Origin: Dicyema japonicum
Taxonomy: Eukaryota; Animalia; Dicyemida
Assembly: GCA_011109175.1 (NCBI GenBank)
Contig: RDEW01000013.1
Span: forward strand, 289,476 to 353,475
Length of the DNA: 64,000 nucleotides
Direction of reading: 5' to 3'
A model generated the notes under the pieces. It was not told the origin of the DNA. It made no database searches and saw only the letters and a program-made list of their open reading frames with translations. The first letter of the stretch is position 1. Every line of letters begins with the position of its first letter. Shown piece after piece: positions 26,180-39,497 of this stretch. A program made the translations under genes and the position numbers.

Positions 26180-26480
26180 ATTTATTAACCCCGGATGAAC
26201 CGAGAAAGTTAAAGTAAACAACTAATTAAGTGTATACAGTTTCCACTTTTACAGAAACAGAGTCCATCCGGAATAAAAATAAAGGGTGAAAGACGTCCAT
26301 ACTTACAGTTGTGGAAACCCCTCAATTGGAGTGGGGAAAAGCAAGTGATCCTTTTTTGTGCCAGCCTGCCACCTAGACAGGTGGATCATATGACTTTTCA
26401 GTTTGTTTTGTCTGTTACTCCTCTTCCCCTTCCTACTAGAGTGGCGTTATGTGAATCCACTTGTCTCAGGTGGCGCCCCA
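26180..26480. repeat. Tail-to-tail pair of LINE hairpin 3' UTR copies
   Basis: 26180-26395 is the reverse complement of the 11450-11600/11780-11870 segments. 26400-26480 is an inverted copy of the terminal part. Confidence 0.7.
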
Positions 26481-26639
26481 TTATCATTTCTTTATATAAT
26501 TTTTTAGATGTTGTTAATATGGACTCTCGGAATTAAGAATATTATTCTCTGTTTTTCTTAAAATTAAGTATTAAATAAATCAGAAAATCTGTGAGCGATT
26601 GTTTGGCACGATGTGCAATTGAATTTTTATATCGTGGTG

Positions 26640-29500
26640 TGTGGTGGTGTGGTGTAATTGAGAAAAGAAGAAGTAACCAGAAGCGATATGCACAAGATCG
26701 ACAAAAGAGAAGAGCTTTGTGAATTTTGCAATAAAATTAACAAAAGAAAGCGGCTGATATGTTGTGTCGTTTGTTCGTCGTTTTTTCACATGTCATGTGT
26801 TGGAATGACCAAAAAAGCCCTTACCACCATTACCAACTGGTGTTGCCAGGCATGCCTCCTTCCTGGGACGAAAGCACCATCGACTCCACCTAATTTACCT
26901 GAACGAATACCAATGGATCACCAGAAAACCCTTGAATCAATTGCAAACCTGGCATCTACACGAAGGATCATGATCAAAATTCCAAAAGCAGCCCGTGTTC
27001 CTGCCGCCGACTGTTTACACGATTGTATTGAAAGGGCAATTTCTTCGACTGACCCAGTGATTGGACACGATTATTCTACTTTGCACCATACACGCTATGT
27101 ATGCCCTGTCAGAAGAGGAAAGATCAGGAATCGCTCACGTCTATTGTAAAGGAAAATATTTGCTTGTTTTCTTCTGGAAATTTGTTCAGTGACTCCCGAG
27201 AATATACCTTCAAGCCCTCAAACCACGAGAACCATGCCTCAGAAACACAAAGATTGGAAGAGCGATACATCGCAAACTATCTGAAGGTGGAGTCCGGGCC
27301 GCCGTGAGGACTCTAGAAGAGCATAACCGTCTAATTGAGCCAACTGAACACTCCTACGATGCACTGGTTGAACGACATCCTGGTCCGCCAGTGGACGAGC
27401 AGATCCCTACTTGCTCTGGAGAATTACCTAGTCTGATTATTTCTGAGGGGGACGTGAAAGATGCGATCCTCTCATTCGCCCCGAGCAGCAGTGGGGACTC
27501 GACGGACTCCGTCCAGGACACCTAAAAGACTTAATTGATCAGAATACGGGGAACTCTGGTGTTCGGCTATTATCGGCTATAACGAGGTTAATCAACAGAA
27601 TGCTTTCCGGAAGATTACCAGAAGCAATCCGTCATATTATGTTTTCCGCCAAGTTAATTGCCTTTGATAAATGTGGAGGAGGAATTCGTCCTATTGCTGT
27701 TGGGTTTGTTTTTCGTCGACTGGCTTCTAAACTTGCTAGCAGAGCAATCCTTCCGATGCTTGTCAAACAACTGCGACCAACCCAAGTAGGGGTCGGTACT
27801 CCTGGTGGATGTGAGGCGGCGGTTCATGCCGTTCGGATGTTTACTGGAAACAGAACGAACATGCCTTGTGTGGTCCTCAAGATTGACATAAAAAACGCCT
27901 TCAATACCATACGGCGCGATGTAATTTTGGAAGATTGTCTTACCCATTACCCGTCTATATATAATTATGTTCATTGTTCGTATGGAAAACCGTCCAGTCT
28001 TGTACATGGGAAATACTTCATTCCCTCGTCGTGTGGGGTTCAACAAGGAGACCCACTAGGACCGGCATTGTTCTGCCTCGGTGTCGACCGTGTCATGAGA
28101 TGCCTTACTACTCCGCTGAACGTGTGGTATTTGGATGATTGCACCCTGGGAGGTCATCCTAACAATGTATATGACTGTCTACAGAGATTACTAACCAATT
28201 GGATACGCTTGGTTTAAAGCTAAACGCATCCAAATGCGAAATTGTTAATTATGGATTCTCCCGATATGAATGGAATCGGATCCTATTAATGTTTCGGGGG
28301 ATTATTCCTAAAATATCGGAAATCGAGCCGGATCATTTGGAAATACTTGGATGCCCTCTGGCTGAAACTGGAATTAACGACACTCTGTTGGCTAAAGAAC
28401 AGCAACTAAGAAAAACTTTTTTACGCCTTGGGATGCTGGATGCACATACCTCTCTTTTTCTCATGAAAAACGCTTTATCCACGCAGAAATTAAATTACGT
28501 CCTTCGAGGGCTCCATGTTACCTGAAAATGCAACAACTCGGGGCGATTGACTCCCTATTCCGGTCTACGACCGAACGTATTACTAATGTCGAATTCGACG
28601 AACAAGGATGGGAACAAGCAACCTTGCCCGTTCGCTTTGGTGGACTCGGAATTCTCTCACCATCTGATTTGCACACCCGGCATATCAATCCTCATTGGAC
28701 TCCAATCAGAATTTGATCATGATGATTCTCCAGCTCCCATCAGAGTCGTCAAAGATCGAAGATTTGGTACACCCTAAAGTCAAACAACTCGGGCAGAGAG
28801 ACCTTTATGAGTCTGTTTGCGAGGATAAATACGAGAGGCTTTTGAAAATATCTAACCAACACCGACGAGCCTGTCTTTTAACTGCAAGATGCGAGTGGAG
28901 CGGGGCTTGGATCAATGCCCTACCATTGGAAACGTGGGAACTCACCTAGACGATGAAACGGTCCGCACCGGAGTCTCCATCAGACTTGGATTGAAAGTTT
29001 GTCAACCCCATGAGTGCCGATGCGGCCGGAAGGTCGACTGCTATGGACATCATGCCCTTTCTTGTCGAAAAAGCGCAGGTCGATTCGCTAGACACAAGGC
29101 TATAAATGAAGTGGTGAAGCGCGCCCTCGAGTTGGCGGGATACCCATCCATTCTAGAGCCAACGGGCTTGAGTAGGGATGATGGGAAGCGACCCGATGGA
29201 ATTACTGTCTTCCCCTTCTCTCGGGGCAAATGCTTAATTTGGGATGCTGCCTGTACTGACAGCTTTTCCCAGTCGAAACTTTTGAGGTCGGCAATGAAAG
29301 CGGGAGAGGCCGCCCGTTTATATGAAAACTCGAAGATAAAGAAATACAGCAGCCTCATAAACCGTTTTCATATACAGCCAGTGGTCGTCGAGACGAGCGG
29401 AGTCTTTGGCCCCAAGACGGTCTCTTTCCTTAGAGCACTTGGGTGTCTATTGACCAAAGCCTCGAGGGAGCGTCGGGAAACCGAGTGGCTTCTCATCTTT
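26640..29500 (+). mobile_element. CRE-clade RLE non-LTR retrotransposon with N-terminal PHD finger; frameshifted, 3' end replaced
   Basis: PHD C4HC3 (CEFC...CVVC...HMSC...CQAC), RT (KIDIKNAFN, GVQQGDPLGP, WYLDD), CRCG/HALSC/RH and RPDG...WD endonuclease motifs. Confidence 0.9.
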
Positions 29501-29656
29501 ATATCTCAAAATTTTGAGTTTTTGGAAACAATTAAGTCAAGGTTGTCAAAGATATGGCCCGTGACATGAGTTTAAAAGTGTATTTAAAATAAAATCGCAT
29601 GCATCTAGAATTATTATTTAACATTAAATAAGAACACAAGAATCTAGAATCTAAAT

Positions 29657-32600
29657 CAAGGGTGTCAAAAATTTACACACATTTAATGTTGACATGAATT
29701 TGGGTAATTTTAGCGTGGCGTTATGTGGTCCACCGATTCAAAAAATTCAAAAGGATTTGGCAACTCCCAGAGAGCTTCTAATGCCCTCCTGAAAAGGACC
29801 ATTAGACCATTTCCTCCCAGGGTCATTATCGACCCCCCGGCGATGTGCTTCAAAAAAGTCCAAACATTTCCGGAGAAAAATCAGTCCACTGCGGAGAAAG
29901 AAAATTTATTACTCTCCAATTGAACATCGACGGAATTAAAGGCAAGGTCAGGGAACTCCGTTCAATCCTGGAAAATCAGAAGATCGACGTGGCTATGATT
30001 CAAGAAACTAAACTCCGCATGAATGATCTTACTCCTTCATTCCCTGGATACGAGGCTATTAAGATGGACCATAAAAAAGAAGAAGGGGTAGACTACTTAC
30101 TCTATTCAAAAAGAACCTGAATTGCAAAGACATTACTTCGAAAGTGAGGAAACCTGTTGGAAATGACGAGGTTACTGAGGCAATTAGAATCTCGCTTGGG
30201 ACAACAAAAGGAAGTATGTGCCTCGTGAATATCTACTTGCCTCCTCCCGACTCTTGCCCAAAGGACTATGTTATTCCAAACCTATCAAGATTGGCTATCT
30301 ACGAGGAGATCATCATATGTGAAGATTTAAACGCAAAGCACCCATTATGGTTGTCAACCCAACAGGCCGACACGAGAGGGAAGCTATTGTTATTGAAATC
30401 GGACTCACTAACGATACTGAATGACCCAGCGAAAAATACAAGGACTCCACTCAGAGAGACGAATCAGCCTACCTTTCCTGATATAACACTCTGCTCATCG
30501 TCGCTTTCATCAAAAATTGATTGGTCAGTTTTCTACGAAACAAGAAGCGACCATAATCCAATTGTGATGAAGGTCATGAGAGAAGTCAGAGTGAGGAGAA
30601 CACCTGCTAGTTATAACTACAAAGCTGCTAATTGGAAATTGTATCGCGCAATCTCGGATGATTGACTGAAGAATTGTTATTTGGACAGCTTCAAATCGCT
30701 AGAAAAAGCGATCAAATACTTTACTTGCACAATCCTAGAAGCAAGATTATTGGCTATTCCCAAGCATCGTCTAAACTCTAATGGTGGGGAAGTCGACATT
30801 TATTAAAGAAAGAAATCACCTCAAAAAATCTAATTGGATCACATTAGAAACGCAACTCCGGATCAGAACTTTAAACAACGAAATAAAGGCCAGACAGTTC
30901 AAGGCCCAGAAATTGAAGTGGAATCGGATTCTTACAAAGGTAAATCGCAACCGTAGTAACGGAGAAGTGTGAAAAGCCATTCGAAACGTTGCAAAGGGCG
31001 AAGAAACTTCTCCCGATGATGACTATACTCAACGAGACGTTAACAATTTGATAAAATTCTACACAAAAATTTCGTACAAAGAACACAGGAAGTCGGAAGT
31101 ACTTCTCTCTTCACGCAGAAAATTGAAGAAGGATTCTAACATAGTTTACTTCTCGAATGAAGACGTGAAGAATACGCTGCGTTTTAAAAGAACAAGTTTT
31201 CTGCCGGTTGCGACGACATTCCAGTGTTATTGAAGAACCTTGGAGATATGGTAGTCGGTTTTATAACGTCCGTGTATAACTATTCAATTAATTTAATGTA
31301 ATACCGTTGTTATGGAAGCAATTCAACATCCGACCTATACTGAAACCAGGAAAACCTAAGGTAGATCCGGCATCATTTAGACGTGTGTCATTGTTATGTT
31401 CCGTATCGAAAATCCTGGAGAGGCTTGTGCTTAGGAGAATCAAGGCTTTCTTACCAGAAAAGGATTTTCAACACGGATTCAAGAGCGATTGTTCTACATC
31501 AACGTACCTACAGAAATTAACCAACTTCATTAGAGATGATAGATTTTCAAACAAACCAAGGCATTTGAAAAAAGTCTAATGTTCCATTGATATCAACAAG
31601 GCCTTTGATTCTATTACGAGAAAAATATTATCAAAGAAAATTTTCCAGTCGAGATCCCGGGAAGCTTAAACTTTGGATAACAAATTTCTTAAGTGGACGG
31701 AGTGCATGCCTCAGAGGACTGAAATCAGTCTCACATCTTCTCCCAAACGGTGTCCCCTAAGGATCTCCTTTATCCCCCGCTTTATTCAATTAATACCTGG
31801 CCAATAACGATGTTCTACTCATATGCGGACGACATTGTTTTGGCCTCGCGTGATCGAAACATCCAAAATTCTACAGAAAGATTACAAATTAACCTGGACC
31901 GACTCAACGCCTGGGTAATGAAAAACCGACTCACGGTTAATTCCAGAAAGTCTGTAACGTCTATGTTTACTTCGGACAAAAAGTTGGGGAAGAAGACTGT
32001 CACTTAAAATTGGACAACGTTGAAATCCCTTCAGCAAATGTCAGAAGATCCTGGGCGTGACAGGATACGCACTTATGTTTGTCACCACACAATATTGTTC
32101 TGAAGTGCGAGAAGAAAATCAATGTATTGAAATGTTTATCTGGAATATGGAAGATCGGTACCCACCCGGTCTTGATGAACATCTACAAACAATACATGAA
32201 CCATGCTCTCGTACGCGTGTGCTTCGTGGGGACTTTCATTAGCATTGACGAATACAAGAAAATCGAGGACGTACAAAAGAAGGCTTTCAGAGTCACGGAG
32301 CGGTGGACTTGTGGGAGACACAGAACCGGACCGACTACTCTGGAGGCCCTCATAAAACTAAACTCCGGCATGCGGGAAAGTGACCCTGCAAATACAGTCA
32401 GCCGCCCAGTACGAGCTTGTGTGGGCACGAAAGAGGAGCACCGGGAAAGAATGAGGATTTTACTGGAACGCATCGGGATCACGTGATAGTTTGGTTTTAC
32501 CGTGGTCTAGGATGTTAAATAAATAAAATAAATCGGTGAAATTTTCCGTGAACTTGAAAATGAATTCACTGTTTTTCGATCACATTTTACTGCAAATATT

Positions 32601-33085
32601 GATCAATTTCCAGCCAGCTTACAACTGGAGATTATTGATTTGAATTGTGACTCAGATCTTAAGAATAAATTCATCATGGTGGGCTTATGCAGCTTTTATA
32701 AAAACCTCTAGCCGAAATATCCCAACTTAACAGCCTTAGCTGCAAAGATTTTGTCCATGTTTGGGAGTGCATATCTATGTGAACAACTGTTTTCTTTAAT
32801 GAACATAAAACAAGATTTCGTTGAAGGCTCACACTCATCTAAATGAAATTCTAAGATTGACGGTAACTCAGGATTTTACACCAGAATTTGACGCTATTAT
32901 GAAGAAAAAAAGATGTCAAGTTTCAGGGACATATTTTAATTATGAAAATTAATAAATGTGTTGTTAAATGTTTTTAAATTATAAAAAAATTCAAAATATT
33001 ATAAAAATCATAGTATGAATCAAATATTCTGTTACATCAAAAATTAATAGTCCGACCCGCGGAAGAAATGAGTTTGACACCCCTG
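29657..33085 (+). mobile_element. Internally deleted hAT (SPIN/GTF2IRD2-like) element with transposase C-terminus, interrupted by a LINE
   Basis: LQLEIIDLNCD...KILSMFGSAYLCEQLFSLM at ~32600-32810. Right TIR GAGTTTGACACCCCTG ends at 33085, and a candidate left TIR CAAGGGTGTCAAA starts at 29657. The flanking 8-mers do not match. Confidence 0.65.
29800..32530 (+). mobile_element. Near-complete ORF2 of an APE-RT LINE (I/Jockey-like group), frameshifted
   Basis: APE (QLNIDGI, IQETK, DLNAKH, SDHNPI) and RT (PILKPGK, QHGF, YADD). The ORF ends ERIGIT* followed by an A-rich tail. Confidence 0.88.
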
Positions 33086-33199
33086 AATTAAGCCTTGTTA
33101 ATTACAACGAGAAGCCTAAACACATGGTAAAATTTTTAGCTTTACATTTTTATTTTTTAATAAAATAATCGAAAAAGATTAGTAAAAATAAATTTTATG

Positions 33200-33420
33200 T
33201 TTTTAAAAATATAAGAGAAAGAGTTAGCTTCTTCCAGGCTTTTCTGTTCTTAGCCAGATCCCTTAGTGTGTCCAGGTCAGCAGATGCCAATGTTTTTTTT
33301 CGCGCTTTTCAGATCCCCTTGTAAAACGACCGGGAGGGTTGTTCTTGGTCTTCCACGAAAGCGTTTTACATGGGAGGAGTAGAAATCTTCCATGGCAATA
33401 TTCTGGGGGATGTCGGTTGA
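33200..33420 (-). mobile_element. RTE 3' fragment
   Basis: Reverse complement closely matches the RTE C-terminus at 50785-51174 (FRGRPRTTLPVVL...). Confidence 0.75.
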
Positions 33421-33479
33421 TTCATAGTTTCAAACAAAATAATTTAAACGGTGTTTTTTGGTTCAATAAATTAACACAT

Positions 33480-34200
33480 TTTAAAAGTAACAATTAATTA
33501 AATTAACATAGCCATCCATCTAAAGTGGTCCCCGCCGACATTATCGATGTTGCGTCGCCTCTCACGATTGCAACAAAGAAGCCACCGGGTCTCACGTGCG
33601 TCGCTGCTTTTCAGTGTAGCTAGGCTTTAGGAAGCGAACCGACTTTCCACTTATTCCTCCAGTTGTCTCGATCACAATGGAATAGAACGCGAATCGGTCG
33701 CGTATTCTTCTTCGTATTTCTTCTCCTTTGCCCTCATCGTTTTTTCCACGGCATGCAGTTTGTCTACTGCGCTCCCGACAATGTTGGATGGGCAAAGGGG
33801 ATCGACACAAGCTTCCCAAACCAAAGGTTTCCCTTTCTCGAATGGGAAAATTGTGATTCTGTCAAACCGTTTTCCGCCTCCTCTGTCCAAGCCAACAGGT
33901 TCAAGTATGGCGGGGTATCCCGCAGACTCCAGGGCTCATTTGACAATTCCGTTGATCGCCTTATGTCTTGGAAATCGTCCTGCACTTCTTCGACAAGAGA
34001 GGGCATAGTCCATAACAGTCGACGGTGCTGCCACACCGGCATTTGTGAGTCTGACTAATCCTCAGTCCAAGTCTGGTGGAGATGCTGACAGTGTCGTCCG
34101 ACACTACCTAAGGGAGGACATTGATCCAAGCGCCACTCCATTCGCATCTTCAAGTGACTAGACAGGCACTAATTGAGTACGCCCGATTGGGGAGACACTG
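33480..34200 (-). mobile_element. CRE-like retrotransposon 3' fragment (RLE domain)
   Basis: Homologous to 28900-29500 on the opposite strand (ALSC, RH, RFDRITIFPFEKGKPLVWEA, IVIETTG). Confidence 0.85.
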
Positions 34201-34575
34201 ACAAAGTTCATACATAGCGGAATCGCATCAATTCAAACCTCCAAGTAATGTAAGGAATTATTCAATGGTTGAATTATATTTTTACGTCGCCATGGAAACG
34301 CACATCTCTTGGGCCACATGATACGACCTAATATCAAGAAAAATTCAGGAAAAAAACTCATTCACTTTGTTTCCAAATCTTAAACTAGTAACTTTATTCT
34401 TGATAAGTCTTTGATACAACAGAGAATAAATTGTGATGTTTCACTAACTTGAACCTTGTCCTCGTGGCCCTTACATCGAATTTCTTAAATAAAGTACGAG
34501 TTCTGGCTAAGGTGGGTTTAAGTAATGGAAACATTACCTACTCCTTGCCAGAGTATTTTATTCCTCTTACAAATA

Positions 34576-37500
34576 CAGTCTAACCCCAGGGTGGGGCACC
34601 AAAATGCCCCAAAAAGCGGGGGTGCCTCCAAACCGGGGTCTGGTTCAAACAATTGATTTATGGTTGATTCAACTTTAATTTGTGTTTACTTTGCGAACAA
34701 AGAACTCTTTCTCATATTCTAAAGTGTTTATAAAATAAGTTGTGCTTTTTTGCTCTATAGTTTGATAGATTTCTATTCTATGTTTTTACGTTTCATTTTG
34801 ATTAATTAATAAATCATTATTTTTAAAAAATTATTTTGAAATAATCAGTCAATTTCAAATTTTTTTTTATTTCTTAAATATTTTCCAAGTTGAAATCTAA
34901 ACTCATAATATTTTTGGAGTGTCTCAAAAGATGTATTTTGCGCTACATTTTCTAACTTATCCATAATTTCATACGTTTCTGATATCGTTGTTTGTCTCTG
35001 TCAACTCCATTATAAAACTCGCAACTCTTGACTAGATCTTCGTTTTCTCCAAATATTACTTCAGATACTATTTCTTCCAGGAGTTCTTCCCCACAATTTT
35101 TATCTTCAACTGATTCTTCTCTATTTTCCTCAATTTTCTTCCAACAATTAATTATTGTTGCTTCTTAACTTCCATCCACGCTTTTTTAACAAGTACCATA
35201 ATCTGTCGCATATCTATATTTTTCAAAGATTTAAGATTAATTGTTGTATCTTCTTCCAAATTGATCATAAAATCCATTAGGAAGTTTATGTACTTTAAAA
35301 CACTTTATTATACCCATGTCTAAAGTTGAATCAAAGATGTTGTGTTTTTCGGAAGAAAAAACAATTTAAAAATTTGAGTATTCCAATAAATAATGGCATG
35401 TAGCATTATTAAAAGTATTTTTCTATCTTGTGAGAGAAAGTCGTCGTTAATCTTTGAAAGCCACATTTTGAAAATTTCTCTTTCATCCAGAAATTTTTAG
35501 ACGCTGCATGTAAAATACCGAATTTTTCACAATCAAAATCTATGTTAAAATATAATTAAGCAAACTTTTTCATACAACGTGGTTGATTTGTATTTTCCAA
35601 TAACAAGGGGTCTTAATTTATTTTCTACTGCATTACAGCAAAGGAGAACTGTTACTCTTTCTTTACTGAATTTTGTACCATGACATGTTTCTATAGATTC
35701 GACATAAGATCTTGAAGGAAATTTTTTTAACATACAATTATGTTTCATCACAGTTAAAAATATTTTCATGACCATAAGTTTTCAACAAATTATCGAATTG
35801 AAAGAAAAAATTTGCCAAATTACTTTTATCTGCTGAATTTTTTTCACCACAAATGGCTTTAAAAAACCAGATCATGTCTCTTTTATTCTGTCTAACCAAC
35901 CGTTTGAGGCTCTAAAAGATGTTGAATAATTCAATTTTGTCGATATTTTTTTTCGCGATGGCTTTGATTAAAGTACCCGAAATAGAAAAGGAATCATCCC
36001 TCAAACGACGAAAAGCATTAAAAGTTAATTCGTCAAGTTTTTTCAAATTGATTTACCTCATTAGAAACTGGTTCAATTTCATCTATTTGAACTAATCTTA
36101 AAATTACTGATCCGGTATTAATGAAAGAAGAAATGTTTTGTTTGATTCGGGAAATAGCCCCTTTGCTTATCTTGAATTTTTTTTGCAACTTCTCTTTCAG
36201 AAGAGGTTTGTAGACACTTTGCAATTTTAATTTTTGTTTCAATAGAAATCTTGGAAGGCATTACACAAAAACAATTATCACGTGTTCAAAAATAATATTA
36301 TTCAAAATAATATTATGTAATAAAATATTAAAATAAATTAGTAAAGTGCCCATACTGGGGTTTTAATAATTTTCAAATTTGGAAATTTTTTTTGGTTGAG
36401 GTGGTGACGTCCCTCTACTTGCACTATGTCTTCTTCGTATTGCTCACCAGTTTCTCCCCTCACTCTTGGATCCCTCAACTGCCGAGGCCTCAATCAGAGC
36501 TACAAGAAACTACAATTGGCGCGTGATCTGAGTAAATACAACATCTCTGTCTGTTGTTTGCAAGAGACGAAAATAACCGAACAATCTGCAGAACTGTTTC
36601 AGAATTTTTACCTTTTGACCCTCACACCAGACTGCAGGCACTATGGGCTCGGATTTGCTGTTCATCGGCACTTGTTTCACTGTGTCTCAAGAGTATGGGC
36701 AGTATCTGACCGTGTCGCGGTGTTACAAATCAAATGCGGAAACAAACTCAACTCAGTGATCTCCATCATAAATGTATATGCCCCAACCGGAGCACGTGTA
36801 TCAACGAATATCGAAGAACTGGATACGTTTTACTCTACTCTCACAAGTGTGTACAACTCACTTTCATCCTCTTACTTTCTTTTTATCGCCGGGGACTGGA
36901 ACGCCAGGGCCGGAAAAGCAAGACCTGGTGAAACGTGTATTGGATCCCACGGTAGAAACCGCCGTAACATCCCCGGAGAGGCATTAATACAATTTTGCAC
37001 GGCATTCAACCTACTCATATGCAACACTTGTTTCAAGCACCCGGCAAGACACAGGACCACGTGGGTTGGTACCAGAAAAGGCAAATCTGGAAACACAGTC
37101 AATATATACAATCAGATCGACTATATTATCTGCAAGCAACATCAGAAGGCCCTCCTACAGGACTCGAGATCTTACGGTGGACTTGAAACAAGTAGCGATC
37201 ATAAACTTGTGGTCGCCCGGCTAGTACTTAAAAGAATCCATGGAATACACGGGAAACACAAAGGCCTTACCTCAGTACGTTTCGACACTGAGAGGTTACG
37301 CTACGAAGAATCCACCAAATGTCGTTATAGTGCAGTTCTGAGAGATAGCATCAACAGTATTAACCAAAATCAGCCGACAAACAGCTTATGGGATGAAATA
37401 GTGGTTGCTATCCAAAACACAGCCTTTAGTGTGCTTGGTCACATCACCAAATCTCGTCACAAACAATGTAATCCGGATATCGGACAACTCTCTGTAACAC

Positions 37501-39497
37501 AGAAAGAGCTCAGACTCCGGATGGAAAACACAAACGCTCCGGAAGATATCAAAGTACTGCGCACCCAGAGAGGGAGAGTCTTAACGAAGATCAAACAAAT
37601 ACAAAGATTCCTTGCCAAAAATGAAGCTGAGGAGAAAATCTCAGACATATTAAAGTACAAGAACGGACCAAGAATGTTCAAAGCAATCCGGCTTCTTAGC
37701 AGAGAAAACTGTCCAATTTCGTTAACTGTCCATGACAACCTTGGTCACGACGTTATCGGGACCATTAACAAAGCAAACGTTCTGGCATCCCATTTTGACC
37801 TTATGTTCAACAAACAGGACGCGGCTGACCAAGCAATGAAATCTCGGAAGTCTTACAAGTACACTCTAACTAGCCCTATTACCATATCCGAAACTCAACA
37901 AGCTATTAAAAAATTAAATACCGGAAGATCTGCCGGACCAGACTTCATTACTGCAGAACTTTTACAATACGGCCCGGAGGAGCTAATTGAAATGATTACT
38001 AACATTTTCAACCGGTCTCTCGAGGGTGCAGATGAACTGGAACTGGGAAAAGGGTGGCTAATTCCACTACAAAAACCGGGAAAAAGTAAAGGCCCCCTCA
38101 CAACTTCAGACCTATTATACTCCTAACCTCCATACGAAAAACATTATCCCTCATTGCTTTAAACCGAATAAAGGAGAGGGTGAACATATTTCTTTCGGAC
38201 GGCCAAAGTGGATTCCGGACGGGCAGGTCCACGGCTGACGTGGTATGGGGGCACAGGTGGTATTGTGCCCTGTGCCAAAAATACAAAAAATCTATTGAGA
38301 TACTTGGTATCGACATGTCCCGTGCGTTCGACTCGGTGGACCGTGGAAAACTTATGGAAGTGTTGGAGAGTTTTCTACTGCCTGACGATGTCAAAATAAT
38401 ACACTTACTCATGCGGAACACTCAACTTGCCGTCAAAATTGGTGACTCTACCTCTAACTTTTTTTCGACCTCACGTGGAGTTCCACAGGGGGACTCACTA
38501 TCCCCGGTCCTCTTTATTGTCTACCTTGAGGCCGCACTAAGAGAGTTCAGACCCCTGGTTGGCAACAATTATAACGAGATAATCTACGCGGACGACCTGG
38601 ACTTTGTTTCTGAGGATATTCAAGTACTTCAACACATGCTTAACGTTCTTCCACACGTATTCTCGAAATGGTTCTTAACCGTTAACACCGATAAAACAGA
38701 GTTCACAACACTTACACGCAATGATCGAAGATCGGACGAGTCTTGGAGAAAGCAAAAGAAGGTGGGTTCGCTTCTCGGGGACTCAGAAGATGTTTCTCGG
38801 AGGAAAATCCTCGCAATGTGTGCACTAAAGAAAGTATCGAATATGTGGGGTCATAAGAAGAGGATGGGATTAAACACCAAACTCAGAATATATAGGCTTT
38901 TGTCATCCCCGTCCTGACCTACAACTCAGGCACTTGGGGAATCTCTAAACAAGAGATGGACCGTCTTGACGCTTTCCACAGGACACAATTGAAATCAGTA
39001 ATCAAGATCAAGTGGCCTAAGAAGATCTCAACAATGACCTCTACTCGAAGTGCAAATCTGGTATACTATCCGAGGAGATCTTCAGATCAAGATGGAGTCT
39101 CTTTGGACATATCTTACGTCTAAATGCTCAAGTACCCGCGAATATCGCCATGGAAAACTACCTAATGCATACGGGAGCCGGTTTTCCGTGGAAGACCAAG
39201 AGTCACACTCCCAACTATTTTGAATGGAGACCTGTCGGCTGTGGGACTGAAGCTCACTTCCGCAGACGACCTAGATACCTTAAGGGAACTGGCACGAAGT
39301 AGAGGGTCCTGGAAAAGGCTGATAGAGAGGATGGCTAGAAATACGGCACAAGGGAGGCTTGATTAATTTTATGACTTCTCGGGAGTGCTTTAAATAAAAA
39401 TATAAATAAATTAATGGAAAATGTACTAGAAAATAAAATCGCCCCAAAAAGCGAGGGTGCCCCAAGGCGGGGGTTTTATTGGGGCGGGGTTCGACTG
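34576..39497 (-). mobile_element. Tigger/pogo (Tc1-mariner superfamily) transposon, degenerate, interrupted by a full-length RTE
   Basis: TA-flanked TIRs CAGTCTAACCCC / GGGGTTCGACTG. DDE_1-type segment SKERVTVLLCCNA...LRPLVIGK (35545-35775) and CENP-B-like HTH region (36033-36242). Confidence 0.85.
36390..39400 (+). mobile_element. Full-length RTE-clade LINE (single APE-RT ORF, few frameshifts)
   Basis: The 566-aa ORF starts MSSS...GSLNCRGL, LQETK, GDWNA, NQID, SDH. RT GVPQGDSLSP and YADD, then RWSLFGHILR and an AGTGCTTTAAATAAAA 3' end. Boundaries approximate. Confidence 0.95.
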
